Below are positions 28,416 to 36,647 of a stretch of DNA of 64,000 bases, piece after piece (the stretch's first letter is position 1; every line of letters starts with the position of its first letter). The translations under genes and the position numbers were made by a program. Under the pieces are notes generated by a model. It did no database searches. It was not told where the DNA came from and saw only the letters and a list, made by a program, of their open reading frames with translations. Source of the DNA: an uncultured delta proteobacterium (lineage in GTDB: Bacteria; Myxococcota_A; Polyangia; Fen-1088); the NCBI GenBank assembly GCA_963849735.1, contig CAWKJE010000033.1:1239-65238 (forward strand). Reading direction: 5' to 3'.

Positions 28416-28968
28416 TCAAATCCACGTTCTACGCGCGCCGATGGCGAAGCCGATGACGTTGATGAGGAGATGCGCTAGCACGACCATCACGAAGGCCACG
28501 GCAAGCTCCGTGGGTGGCATGACCCAAATCGGAGCCAACGCCAGCCACACCACGGGTACGAAGTCACCCTGGTCGTAGATGGCGAGGAGCGCTGAGCAGC
28601 GCGATGGCGCTTGCTCTCCCGGAGCGATGCCCAATCGCCGCTTGAGGAAGCTGTTGGGCAGTTCGCCGACCCACCCCGGCGAGGCCGAGGATGCCACCGA
28701 GCCACCAGGGACTCGTACTTTGCACCGCCCCCGGCAGCCGGGACCAGTAGGCGTTGACATGCGAGAGTCCCCAGGTCGCGAGCACCACGCCCAGCGTCAT
28801 CACCACGGCTCCACGCCAGGTCTTGTTGTCACCCAAGAGCCGTATGCCGTTCAGGGTGCGGCCTCCATCGATAGGCCTCTTGAGCACCCGCAGCAGATCG
28901 AAGCGCAACACCGGCGCGTGCAGCAGCGCCGAGCCGAGGAATGGGAGGAAGAAGAGCAGGGTAAGCAT
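28416..28968 (-). pseudogene. CDP-archaeol synthase-like (CarS/DUF46 family) membrane protein, apparent 1-nt frameshift
   Basis: The N-terminal frame (28968 down) has 'LLGDNKTWRGAVVM'. The C-terminal frame (down to 28416) has 'GELPNSFLKRRLGI'. The frames switch near the G-run at about 28670-28690. Confidence 0.55.
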
Positions 28969-29069
28969 GGGGTGGTGAGAAGCCCGACGATACTACCCCC
29001 GATTGCAGAGAACACATCGCTTTGGCCACCACGGGCACTCACCTGGCCGGTGTGCAGCGCCGCGGCTCT

Positions 29070-29121
29070 CACCAACCCATGGTCTTGCTATTCCTGCGGC
29101 CGGCTCGAACGCCTGTTGGTT
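29070..29121. repeat. copy 2 of ~52-bp 3'-flank repeat
   Basis: See 26786-26837. This copy overlaps the stop codon of the 29120-29590 gene by 2 nt. Confidence 0.6.
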
Positions 29122-29590
29122 AGCCACCGACGCCGCGATTGGGCCTCTCCTCCGGAATGGTGCGAGCAATCGTTTCAGAATCGTCTCTCGCTCGAAGGTG
29201 CAGCAGGCTCCGGGTCGCTGTTTCAAGAGCGAGATCTTCTCGCAGCGACGTCCGTAGTTCTACCAACAGAGGCTGCCAATCGACTCCTTGGTGCTCCGCA
29301 AAGTCCCTCACCAACCGCTGAGCAAGGTCGATTTGTTTGGGCGTCCCAAGAAGCTGAATCGATTCCAGCGCTCGCTCAACCTCGAGAGCCGCATCGCCTA
29401 CGAGGGGTCGATGAGCCGAGTTGGCAAGCGCTCGGTAGGCGTCAAGCATCATCGTAAGACGGAGATCGCGGCGCTTGTTTCGCTGATCCCGCTCGGAGGT
29501 GAGTTGATGGCTCTTGTGCCAGCCGAAGACGACGACAGCTGCACCGATAAGGGTTGCAACCGCAGGGACGATAATCTTGAGCCATTCCAT
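29120..29590 (-). CDS. hypothetical N-terminally anchored membrane protein
   Basis: 156 aa. TM helix 'IIVPAVATLIGAAVVVFGW' followed by a charged helical region. Confidence 0.4.
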   Translation of the reverse strand: MEWLKIIVPAVATLIGAAVVVFGWHKSHQLTSERDQRNKRRDLRLTMMLDAYRALANSAHRPLVGDAALEVERALESIQLLGTPKQIDLAQRLVRDFAEHQGVDWQPLLVELRTSLREDLALETATRSLLHLRARDDSETIARTIPEERPNRGVGG

Positions 29591-29694
29591 ATGTCGACCT
29601 CCAGAGACTAGCTATCCGTGTGACTAACGAGTGCGCGTTCAGGAGCGGCGCGGCAGCGCTGTCTCCTGCAATGCATGGTCGGCCGGCATCACCG

Positions 29695-30639
29695 TCACTC
29701 CCGGGGTGCTACGACCACGTGCACGTGCGGAGAACTCAGATTGCTACCCAAGTCGTTCTCCAGCTCAGCCGGGTTTCCGATGCGATGTTCCGGGTCGTAA
29801 ACAAAGCAGACCAGCGTGGCACAATCCGGATGAGCCTTATAGCGTTGAATATCGCTGATCAGCTGCTCCCCGACCTCCTTCGCCCCGAGGTCGTCCCGTG
29901 TCATCTTGACCTCGAGGACAAGCTTGTCCCGCTTCAAGAGGAAGTCCATGCGAGAGCTCTTGCCCGCATAGCTTGGCGTGTATTCCTCGGGTCGAACGTC
30001 ATCGAACTCCAAGCGGAGCAAGGCATGCATGAGGTCCTGCACGTCATACTCGTCGCTGATCGCGAACGGGGCACGCTGATTATGTCGCTTCTGGAGTTGT
30101 CGCGCGAAGACGGGAAAGCGGCGGCATATCCTGACAAGTCGATCGCTCGGGTTCTGCAGACCCGCAGGGCTCTCAGCCGGAAGGGATGGGCGCGGGCAGA
30201 GGTCGACCTGGCTGTCGATGGAGCGAAGACGCGCAACCTTGTCCTGGACCTTCGAGATGCATGAACGGACCCTGGCGCACGGGTCGGACATGAGGTTTAT
30301 TATTCCGCCGCTGACGCCTTGCCGCTTGTACTGATCGAGGAAGCGCGTACCGTCGAAGATGGTGGTCAACAGCGTCTTGTTGTACTCGTCCCACGTGTTC
30401 AGCTGCCTAACGTATTCGTCGTCCGGGAGGGGCCTACCGCCGGACTGCCAAGTCTCCACGAGCGACTCCCCCTGGGCAATTCGCTCAGCTACTTTCGCTC
30501 GGGCTTCCTCCGGAGAAAGGCGAAGACATGGAACTCCGGGTTCCGCGGGTGGAGCAGCGGGTCGCTTTTGTGCCATTGTAAAGGGATAGTACCTTGACCC
30601 ACCGATCATTGTCAGCATGCCGCCGGGAACGCTGGCCAT
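29695..30639 (-). CDS. PD-(D/E)xK nuclease-like protein with unknown N-terminal domain
   Basis: The C-terminal 'DEYDVQDLMHALLRLEF...SSRMDFLLKRDKLVLEVKMTR' fits an E...D...ExK restriction-endonuclease-fold pattern. The true start is uncertain (ATGs at 30639, 30618, 30609 and 30576). Confidence 0.5.
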   Translation of the reverse strand: MASVPGGMLTMIGGSRYYPFTMAQKRPAAPPAEPGVPCLRLSPEEARAKVAERIAQGESLVETWQSGGRPLPDDEYVRQLNTWDEYNKTLLTTIFDGTRFLDQYKRQGVSGGIINLMSDPCARVRSCISKVQDKVARLRSIDSQVDLCPRPSLPAESPAGLQNPSDRLVRICRRFPVFARQLQKRHNQRAPFAISDEYDVQDLMHALLRLEFDDVRPEEYTPSYAGKSSRMDFLLKRDKLVLEVKMTRDDLGAKEVGEQLISDIQRYKAHPDCATLVCFVYDPEHRIGNPAELENDLGSNLSSPHVHVVVAPRE

Positions 30640-31150
30640 CTAGCTGCTCGTAGCGCTGCAGAGCGAACTATTTCCGAGCTACCCTCGCGGCCCGATGGGC
30701 AGCCGGGAAGCATCAGCGGTTGCGCGCCGATGCAAAGCGGCCCAGGAGGACAGGCGACCCTCGGGCCGTTAAATCGAGCGTCCTCACCTGCGCCTCGCCG
30801 GTCGAGGGGCTGCGAACGCCGCAGGGGTTGGGCGCACGTGCACAGGTGTAGAGCACGGCGGTGCTCACGTCGCCCTGGCCGAGGACCTCTTGGCTGGTGA
30901 AGGCCATCTTCCAATCGGTGGGTGTCAAGCGAACGTGTGGATGCTGGCGCGGCATGGTTGTCGCATGCAGCCATAGTAGCCGCTCTTTCCGCGAGCACCG
31001 CCTTAGAAATCCGAGACTCGTTGTCGGGTGGTTCGTGGAAGGTCCCGAGATCGCTGAGACTTGGCCGCCCCGCGGCGTTGAAGAAGCGTGGCCTGATAGT
31101 TGCTGGAGCCTCCAAGGCAGCCGCACGTTGCTGCTACCATCGAGGTGCCC

Positions 31151-31888
31151 ATGAAGGAAGTTCGAGAACGTATCCCCAGGCTCCGCATCCTGGTCCTGCC
31201 GCTCTTGGTGGTATGTTCGTGCAACGGAAACGGGATACAGATCCTGACTGGTCACGATGCTGGGAGCACTGGCGGGAGTGGCGGTGTCATCGCCACCGGT
31301 GGCAGCGGCCAGAATGCGGGAGGCGGAGGTTCAAGCGGAGCTACCGGCATGGGTGGAATGGTCGGTAGCAGTGGAGGGATGGGCGGAACCGGGAACACCG
31401 GCGGCGCTTCGGGCAGCCAAGGTACGAGCAACAACCACGCCCTTGGCGCCAACCAGTGTCGGGGAGACAAAGACTGCGATGTTCAGCAGGACGAAACCTG
31501 TGTCCCGCCGGGAGGTCAGGGACCGTGTGGCATTTGTGAGGAGGTTGCATCACCGTGCACATCAGACAGCGAGTGCCAGGGTGACGGGGCGGCTTCGATC
31601 TGCGAGGTGCCCGTGGGGTGCATCTGCCCGCCCGGCACCAAGACCTGCGTTCCAGGGTGCGCGGATTCTTCGGACTGCAGCATCGGCGAAGCATGCGTCG
31701 GCCTCCATTGCGTCCCGGCAACGTGCCAGACCGATGCAGATTGCCCGACTGACTTTGGCTGCAGCGTGACTGGGATGCGCGGGACCTGTGGCCGCAAAGC
31801 CTGCACCACGGATAGCGATTGCAGCGGCTACTGCGTGACCGGGTCGTGCTACTCCGCGCCCGGGACTTGTTATGGAGCTGTCGCATGA
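31151..31888 (+). CDS. Gly-rich, Cys-rich secreted lipoprotein
   Basis: Signal and lipobox 'LRILVLPLLVVCSCNG'. GG(S/T)G repeats are followed by repeated 'D(S/A)DC' Cys motifs. Confidence 0.6.
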   Translation: MKEVRERIPRLRILVLPLLVVCSCNGNGIQILTGHDAGSTGGSGGVIATGGSGQNAGGGGSSGATGMGGMVGSSGGMGGTGNTGGASGSQGTSNNHALGANQCRGDKDCDVQQDETCVPPGGQGPCGICEEVASPCTSDSECQGDGAASICEVPVGCICPPGTKTCVPGCADSSDCSIGEACVGLHCVPATCQTDADCPTDFGCSVTGMRGTCGRKACTTDSDCSGYCVTGSCYSAPGTCYGAVA

Positions 31889-32120
31889 GTATGGCTTGCT
31901 GACACCGCGCTGGTCCTCAACACCTCCCCAACGATTTTTCCCACCGAACCCTCAGGGACGACATGGGGGACCCTTCCAGCACGTCGCCCGGGCCCAACTC
32001 GGGGGTCGTCGTGCCCGCCGAGTCTCGCACGATGCTCGGCGCTGGTGAGCTATCCCACGTGCCTTACCGGCCACGACCGGATGGGTCTCGTGGTTGCGGA
32101 AAGCCACGAAAGGGTCGATC

Positions 32121-33866
32121 ATGATGCGCATGGGCACTCGCTCGCATATCTTCGTTGTGTGTCTTCCTTTGGCAATTCTAGGTGCTTGCGGCAGCAGTGG
32201 AAACGGGGCGACCAAGTGCATCGAGGGAGCCAGCGCATCGTGCGCATGCCCGACCGGTCAGCAGGGCGCACAGGTCTGCACATCTGCCGGAACGTTCGGG
32301 GCGTGCGCGTGCCTGGGCTTTCAGATTGATGCTGGGGGAACAGGAGGCTTCTCGGGAATGGTGGACGCGCCATCCCTGAGCGCACCGGAGCTTGGTGCCG
32401 ATACACCAGGAAACAGTGCAATGGACACTGGTACAGGAACGGGCGCGGTAGGTACTGCCGGCGTGGATGCAGTCCCTGCAATGGAAGGTGGCGGTGGTAG
32501 CGACTCCTCAAGCACTAATGCTTCCGGCGACGGGGCGGTGGTCGCGTGCGCTGATGCTGACTGCGTCTGCCCAACGCTGAATGTCGCTGTCGTCGGAACT
32601 CCGGGTGACTGGCTTGATAGCAATGACACGGCCTTTCAGAATTGGCTCAGCGCTAGTACCGGGAAGGTGGACAACTACACCAAGAGATCGTCGTTCACCT
32701 TCACCGCGGATTTCCTGGGCCAATACAACCTCATCATTCTGGCCGGCCTGGGCGACGACTCCAACGTCGGTCCCTGGTGGACCTTCAGCACGGACGAGGT
32801 GGCAGCGTTTCAAGACTGGATCGAGAACAAGGGCGGCGGCGTCATCTCGCTGAGCGGCTATTCCGGCGACAGCAACGAGATAACCTCCAAGAATGCCCTG
32901 CTGGCCTTTTCCGGCATCGCCTACCAGGCGGAGGAGCCTGCGACTCCATGCGCTATCTCAATGTGTGACTACCAATGTGGTAACCCCTCTGGCCAGATTA
33001 CCGACTTCAACCGCACCGACCCTGTGATTGCGAGTCTTAGCCTCGGCGTCACCATGATCGGCATCGATGGCGGACGTCCCATTACCGCCCCCAGCAACGC
33101 CCACGTCGTCGCTATGTCCACGAATATGCCGGCCGGCTCCATGCCGAACAATTCGCCCCTGGCCAACTGGCTGGTGGGCGAGATCGCCGGAACCGGGCGG
33201 GTGCTCGCGTATGCTGACGAATGCATTACCTACACCAGCCAATGGAGTGGACAGGATAGTCAGTATGCCAACGAGCCTTCGTGCCAGGGCCAAACTCCCG
33301 CGGACCTCTATCAAACCGCCCAGTTCTGGTACAACATGATCCGCTGGGCACAGCCGGCCACCACCTGTTTCGCGACCACGGCACAAGGTATGAGCGGAAC
33401 CAGCGCCAGCGCCAGCGCCAGCTCCAGCGCCATGGGCGCGTTGACGGTCTACACCTTTGGCACCGGGCCCGAGCCCTGTTCTCCCCCCAAGGATGTCTCC
33501 GGCGGACAAAGCGGCGACTTAGGAATGGGCCCGACATGTCTGCGAACTGCGGACGACTTTACCGCCTGGAATTGCACCGACATGGATGACCGCACCGTCA
33601 AGATCAACAACGTGGTCACGAAATGCGGCGCCAGCCCACCGGCCAAGCTTGGCAGCTTCTATTACTTTGACGTGAGCGCCGGAGCTACTGCGTGGGCCAG
33701 CTTCAGTTGGTTCTGCACCGAGCCAAACTCAAACTGCTACTCACATCCCATTCCAAGCTGCGGATCGTATCCAGCTTGGGTTGCTGGTGGCTCTGCGGCT
33801 CCCTGCTCGACCACGGGAGCCGGCGCCCTGGACGCAGGAGCTTCCAACGAAGTCGACGCATTCTGA
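32121..33866 (+). CDS. secreted lipoprotein, function unknown
   Basis: 'MMRMGTRSHIFVVCLPLAILGACGSSG' lipobox, an EGF-like Cys cluster 'CIEGASASCACPTGQQGAQVCTSAGTFGACAC', then a large globular region. Confidence 0.6.
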   Translation: MMRMGTRSHIFVVCLPLAILGACGSSGNGATKCIEGASASCACPTGQQGAQVCTSAGTFGACACLGFQIDAGGTGGFSGMVDAPSLSAPELGADTPGNSAMDTGTGTGAVGTAGVDAVPAMEGGGGSDSSSTNASGDGAVVACADADCVCPTLNVAVVGTPGDWLDSNDTAFQNWLSASTGKVDNYTKRSSFTFTADFLGQYNLIILAGLGDDSNVGPWWTFSTDEVAAFQDWIENKGGGVISLSGYSGDSNEITSKNALLAFSGIAYQAEEPATPCAISMCDYQCGNPSGQITDFNRTDPVIASLSLGVTMIGIDGGRPITAPSNAHVVAMSTNMPAGSMPNNSPLANWLVGEIAGTGRVLAYADECITYTSQWSGQDSQYANEPSCQGQTPADLYQTAQFWYNMIRWAQPATTCFATTAQGMSGTSASASASSSAMGALTVYTFGTGPEPCSPPKDVSGGQSGDLGMGPTCLRTADDFTAWNCTDMDDRTVKINNVVTKCGASPPAKLGSFYYFDVSAGATAWASFSWFCTEPNSNCYSHPIPSCGSYPAWVAGGSAAPCSTTGAGALDAGASNEVDAF

Positions 33867-34081
33867 AACGGTGCGAGCTGTCGAACGTGTCGTTGCAATC
33901 CGGCAATCCCGGCCCTCGGGACCGTGGAGAAGCGAGGCACTATGTCGGCGACTCGAAAAGGGACTTGGTCGATCATCTTCGGGCCACACGCTATCGGTTA
34001 CGAGCTAAATGCGTTATGATCATCCCATGCCGCGTTGCGCGTGCCGACGGCGCATGAGACTATTATTGCCTGACTTGGTCG

Positions 34082-35659
34082 ATGCAGGGCGTATGTCTGG
34101 AGTCGGCTGGCGTGTCTGAGAATGCCCAGCCAGGCGCTCTCAGCGGCGCGGTGTTAGGAGGAGCCTATCAGGTCACACGCCTTATCGGCGAAGGTGGCAT
34201 GGGAGCTGTATACGAGGCCCTCCAGCTCCGCCTGAACAAGCGGGTCGCCATCAAGGTGATGTCTCGCGAGTTGGCCTCGAATTCGGAAGCCCTGACACGT
34301 TTTCGCCGGGAAGCCGAGGTGACCTCGCACCTTGGCCACCCTCACCTGGTCAACGTCATGGACTTCGGCGCCACGGACTCCGGCGAACCCTACCTGGTCA
34401 TGGAGTACCTGGACGGGGAAGACCTCGACCATCGCATCCGAAGCGTTGGGCGCTTACCCCTAGAGGTCGCAGTCGAGGTTACCCGACAGGTCGCCTCGGC
34501 TCTGGCTGCCGCCCACGACGAAGGTATCGTCCACCGCGACCTCAAACCAGCTAACGTCTTTCTCCTCAAGGTCAAGGGTGAAGCTGACTTCGTGAAGGTG
34601 CTCGACTTCGGGATCTCCAAGATCAAGGCGTCGAGGACGAAGCTCACCCGTGCCACCGCGGTGATGGGTACTCCCGAGTACATGTCGCCCGAGCAGGCAA
34701 CCGGTCTCATCGAGGAGATTGACCACCGGGCTGACCAGTGGGCGCTTGGTTGCATCACCTGGGAGATGCTCTCAGGTCATGCCCCGTTCATCGCGGAAGA
34801 CATGGCGGCGCTCTTCTACCAGGTCATCAACATGGACCCGCATCCGCTGTCGAGGCGCGCACCTGGCTTGCCAGCTGATGTCGAGCCCGTCCTTCGTCGT
34901 GCGCTTGCCAAGCGACCAGCAGATCGATTTCCATCAATCAAGGACTTCTCCCGAGCTTTCGAGACCGCGGCCACGAGCAAGGTTCGTGAGCTGACACCAC
35001 CACCGATGGTGATTCGCCGAACGACCCCGATGAAGGGAACGGTAGCATACTCGGAGCGTCCCCCTTCGGTGAGGCCGGGACAGTCAGTCCCCCAGGCGAT
35101 GCCCCCAGCTCGCACGACAACGCTTCCCGAGGAGCCCCTCAGCACTGGCGCCGCGCAGGGTGATGATCTCGATGATGATGAGGCGCCGAGGCGGCCCAGG
35201 CTGGCCTACTACAGCATCGCTGCCGCAGCGATGGTCTTGTTGGTGGCGGTCGTGCTGCTGCTCTGGCCTCGAAAGCAGCAGGTGTCAGCGAGTCATCCCT
35301 CCACGCAGGGTACTCTGGCCCCAGCGGTGGTGCCGAGACCCCCGGAGGTGGTCACACTGCCTACATCGACACCTACGCCTGCGCCTCCACCCACACTCGC
35401 GCCCACACCGTCCCCTGCGATCCAGGCTGCAGCACCCATCCAACAGCTCGAGCCTTCGCATGCCCCGAAGGCGAAGGCGCCCAAGGGGACATCCGACAGC
35501 CCCAGCAAGTCAGCCTCCGCCGACAAACCTGCGGGCGTCGTCGGCAGGAAGCCCTCGCCATACGCCGACCCGTTCGAATTCGAGCCTCCAAGTCCCAAAC
35601 CAGCTAAACCGAAACAGAGCAGGGCGCAACCTCAACGAACCATCATCGAGGATCTCTGA
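34082..35659 (+). CDS. Hanks-type Ser/Thr protein kinase with C-terminal TM and Pro-rich tail
   Basis: 'GEGGMGAVY', 'VAIKVM', 'HRDLKPANVFL', 'DFGISK' and 'GTPEYMSPEQ', then TM 'IAAAAMVLLVAVVLLLW'. Confidence 0.9.
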   Translation: MQGVCLESAGVSENAQPGALSGAVLGGAYQVTRLIGEGGMGAVYEALQLRLNKRVAIKVMSRELASNSEALTRFRREAEVTSHLGHPHLVNVMDFGATDSGEPYLVMEYLDGEDLDHRIRSVGRLPLEVAVEVTRQVASALAAAHDEGIVHRDLKPANVFLLKVKGEADFVKVLDFGISKIKASRTKLTRATAVMGTPEYMSPEQATGLIEEIDHRADQWALGCITWEMLSGHAPFIAEDMAALFYQVINMDPHPLSRRAPGLPADVEPVLRRALAKRPADRFPSIKDFSRAFETAATSKVRELTPPPMVIRRTTPMKGTVAYSERPPSVRPGQSVPQAMPPARTTTLPEEPLSTGAAQGDDLDDDEAPRRPRLAYYSIAAAAMVLLVAVVLLLWPRKQQVSASHPSTQGTLAPAVVPRPPEVVTLPTSTPTPAPPPTLAPTPSPAIQAAAPIQQLEPSHAPKAKAPKGTSDSPSKSASADKPAGVVGRKPSPYADPFEFEPPSPKPAKPKQSRAQPQRTIIEDL

Positions 35660-35661
35660 CG

Positions 35662-36645
35662 ATGAACGCCGTCTCCCTGGTTATCTTATCGATCCTAGCG
35701 CAAACCAGTGCACCGACTCCAGAGCAAGAGGCGAAGGCGAAGGCGCAAGTGGTGTTGAAGGAAGGTGCGCAGCTTTACCAGCATGGGGCCTACGCCGATG
35801 CGTTGGAAAAGTTCGAGCAAGCCTACTCGGTGTTTCCGAGCCCAAAGCTGTTCTTCAACATCGGCCAAGCGAATCGAGAACTCGGTCGTCCGGCCGAAGC
35901 CGTCGTCGCCTTCGAGAGGTTCATCGCCGAGGTGGTCGATGCGTCGCCCGAGCTGCTTTCTGAGGCAAAGCGGTCTGTGAACGAGCTCGCCCCCAAGATA
36001 GGCAAGCTGATCATCGACTGCGATGTCACCGGAGCCGAGATCACGGTGGATGGGAAGGTCGTCGGGAGGGCACCCCTCGCCGACTCGATTCCCGTGAGCC
36101 CCGGGAGTCACCAGGTTACCGCAACCAATCCGACAATAATGCCAGTGGTCCAGACCGTGGTCGTTGCCGCCGGGACCATTCAGACCCTCACGCTCCAACC
36201 TCGCAGTCTCGCGCCTAGCCCGGCGCCGTCGCGGATGGCGGCCTCGCCCTCACCAGCTCCAGCAGTTGATTTACAAGCTAGGAAGGCCCCTGCGGAATCG
36301 CCAATCACCGACGGCTGGTGGCTTGGGCGGAAATGGACATGGGTAGGGGCAGGTTCGACGGTCGTGTTCCTCGGGGTTGCCGCCATCTCGGGCTCGATGA
36401 TGCAGTCGAAGTACAACGACCTCCGGACAAGTTGTGGCAAAGGCGCGGGAGCAAATTGGACGGGGTGCAGCTCTGACGAAATCAGCTCATTGAACACCCG
36501 CAAGGACATCGCCAACGCGTTCTGGGGGCTCAGCGCTGCTGCTGCCGTCACCACGGGCGTGCTGTTCTTCGTGGAAGGCCATGGGGTGACCGTGGCACCC
36601 CTGGCCGGCAGAACGACCGGCTTTCTCGCGAACGTGAGGTACTGA
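35662..36645 (+). CDS. TPR + PEGA domain membrane protein
   Basis: TPR-like 'YADALEKFEQAY...GRPAEAVVAFERF'; PEGA-like 'LIIDCDVTGAEITVDGKVVGRAPL'; C-terminal TM. It starts 2 nt after the kinase stop. Confidence 0.65.
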   Translation: MNAVSLVILSILAQTSAPTPEQEAKAKAQVVLKEGAQLYQHGAYADALEKFEQAYSVFPSPKLFFNIGQANRELGRPAEAVVAFERFIAEVVDASPELLSEAKRSVNELAPKIGKLIIDCDVTGAEITVDGKVVGRAPLADSIPVSPGSHQVTATNPTIMPVVQTVVVAAGTIQTLTLQPRSLAPSPAPSRMAASPSPAPAVDLQARKAPAESPITDGWWLGRKWTWVGAGSTVVFLGVAAISGSMMQSKYNDLRTSCGKGAGANWTGCSSDEISSLNTRKDIANAFWGLSAAAAVTTGVLFFVEGHGVTVAPLAGRTTGFLANVRY

Positions 36646-36647
36646 CC

